This document shows, piece after piece, positions 10,701 to 23,389 of a DNA stretch of 64,000 bases. Source of the DNA: Klebsormidium nitens (lineage: Eukaryota > Plantae > Klebsormidiophyceae); the NCBI GenBank assembly GCA_000708835.1, contig DF237179.1:1-64000 (forward strand), given 5' to 3'. The translations under genes and the position numbers were made by a program. Position 1 is the stretch's first letter; each line of letters begins with the position of its first letter. The notes below the pieces were generated by a model, which was given only the letters and a program-made list of their open reading frames with translations, did not search any database and was not told the origin of the DNA.

Positions 10701-12553
10701 TAGCGTAGGGCGGATATATTTAGGAGAGCAATTTTGGCGGCAATAGACCAACCTGTAAAAGCCCCGTGAACGACATTCCGGTGTGCCAGATGTGGTCCGT
10801 TGTGTCCGTTTCCGGCCGGACGATCCAGAGCGCGCCGTCTAAGAGGGTCGCGTTCGCCAGGGCTTCTGGGCCTTTCCATACTCCCTGAATCTTGTTGTTA
10901 ACAGGAAGGGGCCATTTAGAATCTGGTGGGTACCTAGAAAGCGGACAAAAACGTGTGCTGGTTTAGAAAGCGAGACGAAGTTCTTCCTGATGCTTTGAAG
11001 CATCCACGTGCCAATCCTTGTGGCTGGTTAGAGTATCGAGCTTGGTACAGGGTTTCTATTGACAAAACCGTTTTCGGTGGGACCCGAAGTACGGCCCAAA
11101 GGTGGTAAGAGATAAGCAATTGCAATACGGTTGCAGTAGAATCAAGATGATGCGCATTAGAGGTTAAGATAGGCAGATTCTCGCAGAAAAGAGCTACGCT
11201 AAGGACTGCCAGCAAGCTTGCAGCCAATGTCAACTTCTATAATCATCTGAGAATATCACTTGAACGCCACGATGCAGTTCATCTAACCTCCGAGAGGCGA
11301 ACTGCATCTTAGAAAATCAAGTCTGTTTCCACGTTCAAGAACCTTATGACAAGCTCTAAGTATAGCAGGTCTTACATAATCGATAAAACAGAGACGCCAG
11401 CTGCCAGCTCGCCGACATTTCGACTGCTGAGGCTGAAGATCCATATCAGCCTATGAATCTTTGATGGGTGCATGGATCCAAAGGAAGCCCCAACCCCTCG
11501 ATGAAATCAAAGCAAAGCGGCCCACCTTCCGTTCGTCCAGCGCCCTTCCTGGAAGATGATGGTCGAAGCAAACTCCTGCCCCTTCCTCTCACTGTCAATC
11601 AACACCATCTTCTCCTGCGTCTTATCGAAACAAACCGGGCCCCCGAAGTAGCATATGTCCGACCCGTCTGCATCTCTCAAGCAACGCGCCGTACTTTTAA
11701 GCGGGAACGTTTCCTCCTCCGGAGAATCTGTTTCCCTTGGCGCTACAGCCCCAACTTCATCCCTGCTTGCGGCGCCGTCACGTTTCACGACGTTGACGGA
11801 CTTTATCCTCCCTTCCTGTAGTTCAAGCGTCAGTGAATGGTCCCCGTTGAGATTTTTCAGCACCGCTGATACAACCCCCATATCAGCCTGTTGCCCGCGA
11901 CCCTCAGGGTCTAAGATCGACTCAGCCCTTGCCTCAGAAACGCCCACAAAACTCGCTTGATCTCCTTTATTTTCAGAGCCCACGTTTGCATTGGTGCCTT
12001 CCTCAGAGAGCCCCTCTTCCGTCCGATCCTCATCCTCTCCAACATCAGAGTTGGCTGAACTAGCGGCCGACTCTGATGTCCCTTTTTCTTTTGTCACCTC
12101 TCTACTCAAAACGACAGTCGTGGCCTTTGATGCCATTGAAGCATCCGCCGGCCTTTCTGATCCTGGCCTTGCAATCAAGACTTTTGAGGTTTGACTGTTC
12201 TCATTGCCAATCGGCTTTTGAGCTCCCCCCATCTTTCGTTGCACGTTCCTCCCCGACCCGCCTTCAGATTCTGCATTCTGGCGCTTCTTTTCAAGACTCC
12301 CCTTTGCCAGTCTTGTCGCCGCCAGCTCATTTCCCCCCACGAGTGAGCTGAGAACCCCAGTGCTTTGCACGATCCGGGACCCTTGATCACGGAGGTACGA
12401 CCACCCTTGTCCAGTAAGCGATTGTTCGCTAGAGTTGATCATGGAGGACCCAGCAACGAAGAAGAGGAGAGTGACGGCTGCCGCGAACGTCTGCGTTCTG
12501 GAAAAGTTTTTGAAAGACCACTGAGATGGTGCATCTACCTGCTTGTGGTCCAT
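7800..12553 (-). CDS. Glycosyltransferase family 61 (DUF563-type), type II membrane protein, 683 aa
   Basis: Exons 12553-11526, 10933-10753, 9873-9716, 9175-8890, 8198-7800; phases consistent; 2052 nt. GT61-type motifs RVTVLNRP..RHIENVED, HMTFRQQV..LIASHGAALSNMVWLPENAAVIELFP. N-terminal TM segment FAAAVTLLFFVAGSSMI followed by a long acidic stem. Confidence 0.88.
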
Positions 12554-14278
12554 GTTGTGAAAGGAAACTATTTCTCAGCTATTTGTCAGCTGCCCATCTG
12601 CCAGACCGGTTCGACAGAACAAGTGGGGCCGAATTGTTCTGGGCAATGCCGCCGACGAGAGGCTTGGACACGACGCTCTTTGCAGCTGAAATGTAAAGTA
12701 AGCTTGTGGGCAGTCGTAAAGGCGCCTATGATGCACGAGCTGAATGCCTCTGCATCAGCTGCCACCTGTGCAGCTTATCAAACTGGCCCAAATGCTGCCA
12801 ATGTGACCAATGCAACTAGAACAACTAGAGGTGAGTATTATTCAGCTTTCCAGTCTGCTCAATTTCTCGATGAGCTCGGTCTATTCGCAGGGGTTGAGGA
12901 AAAGTGCTGATATATGCAAGGCAATTGTCAACAGCACCCGCATCGTTGACGCGCTTGCTTCAGTTGCGGCGGCCAGCTCTGAAGCTTGGCTAGAAAATTG
13001 GTTTCAAGCTCTATATTTGTGGTAAGGACCACTATCTAGCAGAATGGAAATTGTTGGCGCCTTAACGTCCAGAAGCTACTTTATATGGTATTGATTTGCG
13101 CAAACAATCGTAAAGGACAAGTTCGTGGCTGCAGTGATCTTGAGATTGCAAGAGCTAAGCGGAGGAGAACAGAGGCCGGGGGCATTTTACCGTGAACTGA
13201 TCTCTAGAGGACTAAGCTAGAAGTTGCAGATGTTCAGTACGAGGGTCCTGAGCCCCGCTCTCAATCAGGTTTGGGCTCTACAAGTTTGCCAACCAGTGTC
13301 GTCAAGCCCATGGGGCTATCTGTCATGAGTCTGCATCTGTCACGAGGCCCTTAATAGAGTCATTTCTTGTTCGGCCGGCAGGGCGAAAGAAACGAGGCGT
13401 TGCATCCGACGGTTCGAAGAACACTGCATCGAATATTTGTGGCATATCGCCGCTCTCCGCCCTCGATGCTGCAAAAACCGTCGATGCCACAGAAGATCGG
13501 ACGGTATCGATTTTTGGCATCGATCGAACGGCATGTCATGATCGAGTCAGAGGATCATCTTAGGGAAATCGACGGTAGCCATGCGCTGAGCCACGTACTG
13601 AGCTCGACCGAGCAGTGAAGCCGCCAAGTGGCACACGTTGGATAACGGCTGAAGTTACGCTGCAACAGAGCTGCAGCGCGACTGCTTGGACTGGAGCCAG
13701 CTGTATCCTAGGCTGATGCTCCTGAATCGCTGATTGACTACGATTGACGTGTTCGTGAGCAATCATTCAAATCCAAAGATTGAAGTGGCGCATTCAGCTG
13801 TTGAGAGCTTGCAGCCAAACTTTTAGTTCTTTCACCTCAGCTGAATCTGCTGGTCACTGGCAGCTGAATGAAGGCTAGAGTTGCAACAAAGACAGGTATG
13901 CTAGCAATGTTGTGATCAATGTTGACTAGACGCTGAGAGCGGAAGCAGAAGCTAGCGGATCAAAGCCAGAAGGCTGATTTTTGTACGCTCAGAAGCGTCC
14001 CAATTAAAAGTCGGGGGGTAAGCAGCCTGAGGGTTCTAGCAGTATGTCTGAAGCAAAGCTTCCGGTCCTCTGTTTTTACGGCCAATCATTGCGAGTCCAC
14101 TCTCTGCATCGATTCAGCTGTTGTCCAGGCAATCAGGCTTTGATGTGCTTCGTGACAGGTGTCCGCACATTTGAGTGGGATCAGGAATCTTCAGGTCAGC
14201 CACATTAATACAGTCAAAGAAGCAGTCCCAAGCAGCTCTAGTCTCTGATTGTATCGCAAACGATGCCTGCATTCGGCC

Positions 14279-14285
14279 TATATAA
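14279..14285 (+). promoter_or_regulatory. Candidate TATA box of paralog B
   Basis: ccTATATAAg about 125 nt upstream of the ATG at 14409, followed by a pyrimidine-rich leader. Motif only, no transcript evidence. Confidence 0.4.
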
Positions 14286-14408
14286 GGAGAACCTATCAGA
14301 CAAAGTGGACATCCACAGATCTGAACACCCTATTCCGCCCTCTCCTCAATCACCAGCGTCGCAACTAACCCCCAGCTCGGCGCCATTCCACATCCCAAAG
14401 CTGCTCCA

Positions 14409-16139
14409 ATGGCTGCCACGTCAGCAAGATCGACAGCTCTGCCCGCATTCGTTGCTGCGGCGATCCTTCTGATGGGATTGGTGTCTGCTGTTCCGGACCC
14501 TGCTTTGTGCCCCTTTGAGCTGGGCTACAACCCGACCTTCAACGCCGATGGCTCCATTCTCTCCTGCACAAAAGGTACGTCCTCTATAACTGGGAAAAAG
14601 GTACACAAAGTCTTGCTCTTGTGTAGTTTTCTCCTTTGGGAGAGTACTGGAATTTGGGTGCTTCTGTTTTGAGTAGAGGGAGGTGAAGATCAGCAAGGAT
14701 GAAAAACTCTGGAGAGACGGCGAACAGGACCGAAGTCGAAAACAGGCAACGAATCCAATATCGGGACTCAACTTGGGATGCAGTCTCCTCTGCAACCGCT
14801 TGCATTTCCAGGAACTGTATCTTTCCTTTGGCGGCTGCATTTGGCCGCCAACATTGGTGCCTTAATACAAAACCGAATACTCATGGGCAACGGAATAGAG
14901 CATGTAATTGAGAGGAAGTGACTTGCTTTCAAAGCTCTGGGCACAATTAGAAGAGCCTGAGGTTTCTTCCACGCTCAGTTGAATTCGCCCAGCGGATCTT
15001 CCTTAGCATACTCGTGCCCATCATTCCAGAGAAACCCTTCCTTTTGTTTGGTGTGGGTCTGCAACAAACAAAGCGTCCCCCCGTACATCCTCTCAATTCA
15101 AAGCCTAATGAGCCTATCTCGTTACCCCACTGCCGCCCAATTCCAAGCTTCCACGTGTCCTGCAGGCCAGGAAACGTTCCAGGTCGACGAGGCGGGCATC
15201 CTCGCGCGCTCGCTGCGCGGCATCGGCGCAAGCTCCCTGGGCCTCATCAGCGGAATCATCGACGGAGATCTGACCGTCGTGACTAAGTTCGTGGAGCCAA
15301 ACGCGATCTTTGACCTCCCCGGTTTGGGCCCCACGCCGATCGGCCCCGCTGTTTTCGCGTTTGCGGCGCAGGAGTTTGTGTTCCCCCCCGGCGCCGACAA
15401 GAGCGCCGTTTTCCAGGTGAGGCCGTTGCTGACGTCACCGGGTGCAAACGGCTGTGCTTTCACCAAGACAATTTGCTAGTTTGTATGAATCCATGTTCGG
15501 CTACTGAAATGTTTCTGTTTTTAGACCAACTTCTGAGTGTTCTGCACTCACAGCGGGGATTGTCAGAGGCACTGAATGGGCAGTGTTGAAAAGCAGTGCC
15601 GTGTGGATCACAGGACGAGTCCAAAGTTACTGACATCTGTTCAATGTAAAGAAAAACATCCTATCGGAAATGACCAAAGACCGAGGAAGACAGCAGGAAC
15701 ACAACTTCATGTTCCCCGAGCAAAGCCAGAGCTGAGGGGTCAGGTGCAATGGTTCTGCTAGTATGTTCGAGCACTTAGATCCTCTGAGCTGCTCCTGAAA
15801 AGCAATCGCATCTCCATCTATTGCGCAAGCCGGCCAGATCACATGATTAGTTGTTTGCTCTGCCCATGAGACGACCTGAGTTATTGCTGATCTGGACGCC
15901 ACGATTGGGCAGCATGGACGTCACCTGACGTCACCTCCTTTTCCTGGGCGTTGTTGCAGCTGTCGCAGTACCACTTTCTGGACAACAATGACCCGCGCGT
16001 GGCGAGCGTGCACGTGACCGTCTTCGCAGCGACCAAGACGATCGACTACGACTCCGTGTGGCGCTTCAACCTGGTGGACGGTCGCCGGGTCTGGCAGCTT
16101 CAGACCACCTCCAACATCAAGCTGGTTCCGAGGAACTAG
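14409..16139 (+). CDS. Secreted protein, paralog B (198 aa, or 204 aa with the upstream acceptor)
   Basis: Exons 14409-14574, 15166 (or 15148)-15416, 15960-16139; 597 nt. Signal-like MAATSARSTALPAFVAAAILLMGLVSA. Shares CPFELGYNP, AGILARSLRGIG, YHFL.N.DPR and FNLV.G.RVWQL with paralog A. Confidence 0.9.
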
Positions 16140-17039
16140 GGCGGGGAGAAAATCTGCCGCTGGGATAGGGCATGGTGGATATGATTGTGAGTGAATTGAA
16201 CGAAGATTGTGAGAAAACTAGTGGAGAGACTGTTGCTGTTGAGATCGAACAGGAGCTAGAAGCACCAACCCGCTCCTAGTTGACCAGAGAACAGCCATGT
16301 TCGCTTGAATTGAACAGCACTCTTATGACAAAATTATGAGAACACGATTTGGTTTCCAACACTGCCCGCATAAACAACGGTTTAAAGTTTTGCCGTTCGA
16401 GCCGCACCCGCCAGCCTGACCGTCTGATCCGACGTATTGCTCTAGTCCTACAACGTAGCAATGTGTCATGTGCATGTCATGAAAGCTACAGGTTCCTGGT
16501 TGACTTTGTATTAATTCTACTTATGCATGCGCGAAAAGCTTCTCATGACAACATGTTGCAGAAAGTGGGAATCAATGGCTGGACAAACTCGAACTGGTTT
16601 ACTGTTCAACAATAAGACTTCTGAAGGAGGTTTCTAAAAGTTTTCTAAACATGACTTTAGGCTGTAGCATAATACTGATTACAGAAGGACTTCAATGCAT
16701 GTCTGTTCAATGGAAGCCCAATACCTTCTGACTACATAGCAAAACATATCAACTCCCAATCTCGTTAAAATCCTTTCGATGCACGACGACTCTGATCTCG
16801 TCTGCGAAGCTGATCACATGCTGATGATAATGCTTGGGAACGAAGTTGTGTGCATCTGATTTCAGTCTCCAAATTCAGAAGCGCCGTCAAGTCCGGAAAA
16901 CAAGGCTCCGACCGAAGCACGTCCGTTTGCACATGTTAGCCATATAATTCCATGTCCTAAGATAGAATACACTAAACTCAAAGACGTTTGTTGGCAACAA
17001 AGTATACCGTAAAAACAATACACCAGTCGACTCGGCTCT

Positions 17040-20000
17040 TTATAAGGACAGGATGCAACCGGCTGGGGTAAAGCCGGCCAGATCGTCTAGGAGTCTGTCC
17101 ATCTCGTCAACCGGCCAGACTTGAACCGAGCCCTCGGTAAAGGCCCCCGGCCGAAGTCCGCAAGTTAGGCCGCGGCCGCTGTATGCGTCGCGCCAGCGCA
17201 GCGCGGCCGCGCCGGCCGTCTTGCTCGGCGGCTCTACCACGTGGGCGACTTCCAGGTCGTCGTGTACGGAATCGTTGACCAGCATGCGGACGTACTCCTT
17301 GGGCGTCACGTGCTCCACCTGGAAAAAGGGGGAGTCAGATTGCTGCCCAAAGACTGTTTGAATGTCAATGTCGAGCTTTTTTAGCATTTGTTTAGCGCTT
17401 TGCGTGAGAACAACAACCCTAAACTTGCCGGTTTTTGGCTGGGAAACCTGAAATGATCCGTGTTGCAAACCAGATTCAATGTCTTTAAGTGTAATTGATG
17501 CCGCATCGCTGGCGTGGTAAAGTGGGGTCATGTGCTTGTCAGGTGGAAGCTGACATTTAATTTTTCTGAGGTGCTTCGAAGGGGCGTTCTTCGCCTGTTA
17601 CAGAGTGGCAATTCTTTGATTTCACGCTCGGGAGAAAGGAAAAGTGAAGAACTTAGGGGAGAAGCCACCGGAAAAACTGGCCGGTGCGAAACACACCGGA
17701 TGTTCGAGCGTCAGTCCCTAGTCGACGCTGCTGCTAATTCCTCCGTATGCTAACGTGTGCCAGCACTGAAACTCAGGGTATGATTTGACAAAATGGGTTG
17801 CTTCGAGATTCAATGCAGAAGAGCCAGCGAAGCCGTCAAATGTGCATTGGAAAAGCTGAGAAAGACGAAGCGATTGTTTTCTGCGCAAACCAGCAGTGAC
17901 GGTGGACCATGGAACGTTGCGTACTCGCCCACCTGTAAGGTGATTCCCCGAGCGTCGTCCTCGAGTGGCGTCAGCACTCCGTCAGAGACGGCCCCGGCTA
18001 AAAGCTGGCGCGTGAGGCCTCTCCAGTCGTTCTCAATGTGCCCACGATCCCTCCAGAATGCCGCCGCTACATCGTTGTTTCCGCTTCCGGTCCTGCTCTT
18101 GACCGGAAGGAGCTGCTCCAGTATGAAGCGCCGCACGATGTCCTCGGCGACTGGCAGCGTGCGTTCCAGGTCGCCGCGGGACAAGCGAACCTGGGCAAAA
18201 AAGATGGGGTCAGAATTAACCAACATGGAATTGATATCCATTTCGGGAGTGAGCGAGAAAGAGGTTATCTGGATTGGACCAACTAACTTGGAGATAGGCA
18301 GTCGTCAAAGCAAACACGTACAGGGAGGAGATGTATAACCTTGTTTGAATGAATCCGAAGAGCCAGAAGAGAACGTCTCTGCTCGGAATGGTGCAATCCA
18401 AAGCAATCACCATATACCAAGCACACGATTCTCAATCATTTGCACTTATGACGTTAACAGTGACAGCGAACACGTGTCTCCAAGCACAGCAGCAACTGTC
18501 AGTAACCTCGTTCAGCTCCTTTCTCCGACGACTTTCTTGCGAAACGTTTCCCCACCATGGACGACATTCCGTAATGGCTTCCGCTGTCCGCCCCCAGTGC
18601 GCGGAACCGCACGTCAATTTCGCGCCGGATGTCGTCTTGTAGCTGCTGTGCGCGCTGGAAGATTCCGCTCAGCTTGGAAGCGTTCCGCTCAGGACCGAAT
18701 CCGTTCGGAAGGGACGCGCTGATGCCCAAAGTTTCCAAAAACACCTTGAGCTTTGTCGCCTCCCGAACCGGCGCGTTTGCGTCCCACGTTAGAGAAGCCA
18801 GGTGTGCTTCGAGCAGAAGCTTTTGCAGGTTGAGGCGAAGCGCCAGAAGCACCGCGGCCGGGGCGACCTGCAGGCATGAGACCCGGGTCTGTGGTCGCCG
18901 TCTCGGTCTACTGTGTCCAACCGGTCCTTATGTTTTCATCAAGTGGGGGCGCGGCTGTTCGCAGGGGGCGAAGAAATGCAATCGACCGACCTGAGTTCGT
19001 AAAGTTGATCGAATACCTGAAAGCAGTTCAGGTCATGTTTATACTTGGGAGAAGCAAGCAACCGGTCATCCACTAAGGACTCTTTTGCCGGGAAAATTTC
19101 AGCCTACAGGTTGACCTCCAAAAGGGAAGCCGGCGAACACATTATCTAGACCCTAACTCCGTAGTGGACTTCTTAGGAACCAGAGAACATGAAGAAGCCG
19201 CCCGATGTCGGTATCTCAATACAAGACCGCACTGGAGAGTCAATGGATGTTCTCATCAGAACCAGCTTCTTTCGCGTCGAAGTCAAATAAAGCTAGACAA
19301 TCTGATCACCTGCACAAAGTACTTCTCGATTCCTTCGATGTCCGCCCCACCGATCCGCCGGCACAGGAACGTGTCCGAGGCCGGAATGCGCGCGTGCCAC
19401 CTCAGCAGCCCCCAGAACATGAGCCAATCCCAGGCCGCTACTACAGCCAGCCCAAGCGCCCCGCCCAAGTACATCCCCACTCCATCTCCCGGATGAAGAA
19501 CCGTGCCAACTAGAGAAGCGGCAACATTCACGACGCCGTTCAGGGCGATGTTCCACAGAACAGCTTTAGGGACCGGTAGGAGTTCCCCGGTCATCCCGTC
19601 CCAAAGGAGAAAGTCCCAGAAGTACTGTCCGAGCGCCAAACCGGGCGCCCAAACGGGGGCGGTTACGACAACCGCGGCTGAACCCGCGACGGTTAGCAGA
19701 GTTGCCACGGGTATGAAGGCGCAGAGGAGGGCGGTGCCGAGCGCCCCTTTGGCGAGGTAGTTCCAAACTAGGTTGAAGGGGCGTGCGAGACTCTTGCCGA
19801 TGAGGCCCCGCGATGGCTCCGACTCGAAGCGCTCGCGAGAGGCGAACACGTGGCTCCACAGTGTGCACAACCTGGTAACGAGGGAGGAAGTGTTCCGGCG
19901 GACTCTTCGAAAGTGAGATAAGTGGAGCATCAATAGGTTGCTTGACAGGAAAGATTCTTGAGAGAATTGAACTTGCTTTGCAACAGAAAATCCACCCAAG

Positions 20001-22840
20001 GTTGTCCGACGCCGTTTGACAAAGATGTCACGGGCAGAAAGCAACTAGTTTGCTCTTCAAAGTGACTAGCAGAGTGACTTCCGAAACCACACTTTTGAAA
20101 CCTTTCCAAAGAGACAAACTTTGAAGAGCTCAAGTCATTGCTTGCAACTAACCTGGAGATGAATGTGGAACGCGCTCCAGTACTTCTTTGGTACACCGTC
20201 CCGTTATCAGAGCGCACATCCCACTCGTATAGTTGGAAGGGGCGCAGGGAAATAAAAGAACGGAGGCCCAGGGGACCTGCAATCAGAATCTCAAACGGCA
20301 GAGGATTAGAACCAACCAGGCCCTATATTAAGGTTGGCTCTCTGTCCCCTGCTGTTGAAGAAAACTCTGATGCCAATAATTAGGCTAGCTGGAAAGGGCT
20401 CAAATAGTTCGCGTCCGTCTCTGAAAGCTGTACGTATTTTAGAGCTCTTCCTGCGAATCGACGCTCTATCAACCGTTGCTAGTCATCTGATCGATCGAGT
20501 CCTAAGAGTCCCTGCCTAAACGACGCACTTTTTCGATGTCTGGCTTAACCACGAAAGCATACAGTTCACGAGGGAGCTGGTAAGGCGGTAGACCAAGGCT
20601 GATGTCTGTGGTTGCTTTGAAAACTTTCATTGATCGTTCCTCCAAAACCATATAGCATTTGAAGGCGTTTTCGTTTACGCTGAGCGTGCGCTGGTTATGG
20701 CGACTCATATTTGTGCAAAATCGGATACACAAATTGGGGAAAAGATTCACTCACCCTTCCATAGGATGGAACCGAAGAGGTACACGCCGTTTTTGAAGTT
20801 GTGCAGCGCCCGGTGGCCCATCAGCTGGAAGCGCCACAACGGCGCCCCGGTCGCCGTCGCCAGCACATCATACTTCCTCATGCTGTAGTTAACATAGCGA
20901 CCAGGGTGGCCGTTTTGTGCCTCGAGGTCCGTACCGGTACCAGGGTGACGTGGCCGCTCGTGAGCGCGCCAGCTCATTGATTGTGCAGTGCCATTTCTGT
21001 GAAGATCGACCCAGAAGTTTTGCGGGTTCCAGATGCGCACAAAGGCCGTGGCGCGGTGGCGGGGGGCGCGGTACTTGCGGCTCGCGCGCGCGTCCGCTTT
21101 GAGCGCGCGCAGCTTCTGTTGGTGCCAGGTCACGTCGGCGGCCGCGAGCCGCGCTTCCTGCCAAAGGTCCACAAGAGTAGCTCTTTGAAACCGTCACTGT
21201 GCACCGACCCAGCCTTCGAAGGCCGTCCCTTTCTATGGCAAAAGAAGTGGACTGACAAGCAATTCAGGATGCATCGGGAAGGTTGCGAGTCCGTCTTGTG
21301 AGTCATTCGAGATTGCCAGGAAACTTTGGAGCAAATCCGGCGCCTGAAAAGGATGGGATTTTGTTGCGTAATATCTCAAGCAGGGATACAAGCCTGCGCG
21401 ACTCCCAAACACGGCCTCTCGTGTAAGCCATCCAGTTGATTGGATTACTGAAGCTTCTCAAGACTACCGCTGTCTGTAAGCACGACGAAACTTCACGTTT
21501 TGCAGCTCAATCAATTTCGGGGCAAACCAATGAATCCCCGGTTGGTACACGACCTGACAAGCAAAGCTTGTTGTTTCTGGCCAGAACGCGCTCGCGCTTA
21601 CCGCCTCTCCAGTGGCACCGACTGTCTGCTCAGCTTCTTCCAGAGGACGCCATTGCAGCTCCTTTCGCCACTTCTTCTGTGCGCCCTGCAGCTGGGCCTC
21701 CTTCCAATGCTCGATGTTTACCAGCACCGGGTGTTTTGTTTGAAGTTTGTCCAGATGCCTGGCCCGTACCTGCAAAAAGGATACACAAAATTTTTCGGTT
21801 CAAGGCTGTGTGTGGTTCGGAGGCTCATACTCCGATCGCATAGCATCAGGCGCAAGCGGGATCCAATGACAAGCACCTTTTTCCCAATGCCCTTTGCCTG
21901 GAATCCAACCGGGTCGAGTCAATCTGATCGTAGCCAATACAACGACGCAACGATCGTGAGAAGCAGAAGTCCTTAGGGTGCTTGGGTCAGGACGTGTCGT
22001 ACTATTGAGCAGGCGAAAGAAAAGGAGGCCCCGCGGCTAAGTTCGGAAGATCCTCACTTGCTCTTGTTCGTTCTGCAGGTCGTGAATCTGTGCACTCAGC
22101 GCCCATGCTGCTTCCACGTGTCGCGCCAGGATTGGCCCAAGCCCCGGGCTGTGTTCCTCGATGACCTGGTCGTCGGTCACCGCGGCTGCGAGCCGACGCG
22201 CTTCCTCTGCGCGGCTTAGAGCGCGCACCTCAGCGGCGATGTCCGCCTCGGAGGTTCCTGAGAGAAGAGGAGACTCGGAGTCTCCTGGAGAAACTCTTCA
22301 TTGGTGGTCGTGAGACGGAATTGGAGTTCAACTGACTACATTTCGAACGTCGGTTGGTGTGGTAGACTTTAAAGCTTTTTCTCATTCCACGATAGTCCAG
22401 GGAAAAAACCAAACTTAATTTATTACAGTTGAAGACAGTTCTAACGAAATGAAGCACTGCATCCTCATTCGTAGTCCTAAAGCAGCGGAGTTGTTGATAA
22501 ATCTTTTCTATTTGGTTGATGCAATCCTGATCTACTCAAGAGTTCGTACTCTTGCACACATCAGAGAGAATTGCAAGAAAGTGTCGCGCTTGAAACATCC
22601 GTCTCACCTTCCTGAGAGTACTTGCTTCTCACTCGATCAATAGCTTCCTCGACAAAGCGGCTCTCCTCGCGGATCGCCCATGCGGACGCGCGAGCGCTCG
22701 CGATGCGGCTCCACTCCTTGGCCAGAAAGGCACGACTTTCGTCGTCGAAGAGTCGCGGATGAAGGGAAGGCCCTCCTTCTTCCACGCAGAAAGTCTTCCG
22801 GTCGATTCGGATGTCTTGAACGGCGGCAGCGCTGTCAAAG
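17040..22840 (-). CDS. Large uncharacterised membrane protein (>=845 aa, 5' end unresolved)
   Basis: Nine phase-consistent exons: 22840-22608, 22257-22058, 21769-21602, 21157-20755, 20276-20153, 19871-19310, 18867-18556, 18190-17933, 17318-17040. Charged helical N-terminal half, then a hydrophobic block (WNYLAKGALGTALLCAFIPVATLLTVAGSAAVVVTAPVWAP..YLGGALGLAVVAAWDWLMFWGLL), then ARIPASDTFLCRRIGG. No named domain recognised. Confidence 0.8.
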
Positions 22841-23389
22841 CTGCGGGGAAAAAGACGAGGTGGAGGTCAATGTTGGAGCTTCGAAGTTAGGGTTGCCAAC
22901 GACTGTTATGACCCACAACATCCCAAGGAAGCTATATGGCACAGCGACCTTAGACTGTGGCTGAGGCTAAGAGTTTTGCGGATGCGAAATGCCACGAACA
23001 TCCGAACGACTGAAGTTCGCCATCTTTATAAAGGGCGAGGCAGCCTTCTACCAGGCTGAGTCTTGCCGTCACCGTTTGGGTTGGTGATACTGAGAGGGTT
23101 CAGCTCTGAAGTCGGAGAAAGCTAACAGCGAACGGCTTCATACTTTCATGCTAATGACCAACAAACTTGGCTTTTCAGCCAGCGACAACCAAGCCTCCTG
23201 ATCCTTTCGGTAATTCCTGCCATTCGGCCTGTGTGGAGGAAATAGTTGCCGATTGTGGTCCTTTCACAGCCGCAGAGCTTTATGACAGAGGGGTTAAACC
23301 TGAGATCTTGAAGGAATCAAACATAAGCTTTCGAAGTGCTCTTTGTTGGACATGCTTCATTGCACGTTAAGTAAACAGTTTGGAACTTA

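Noticed and set aside
13462-13525. Imperfect inverted repeat (tcgatgc..aaaaa / ttttt..gcatcga) as a MITE or miRNA hairpin
   Set aside because: Arms are short and interrupted, with no TSD.
20502-20750. 82-aa ORF as an exon of the membrane-protein gene
   Set aside because: Exons 21157-20755 and 20276-20153 join directly in phase 1 (WKG-PLGLRSF); this ORF is intronic and phase-incompatible.
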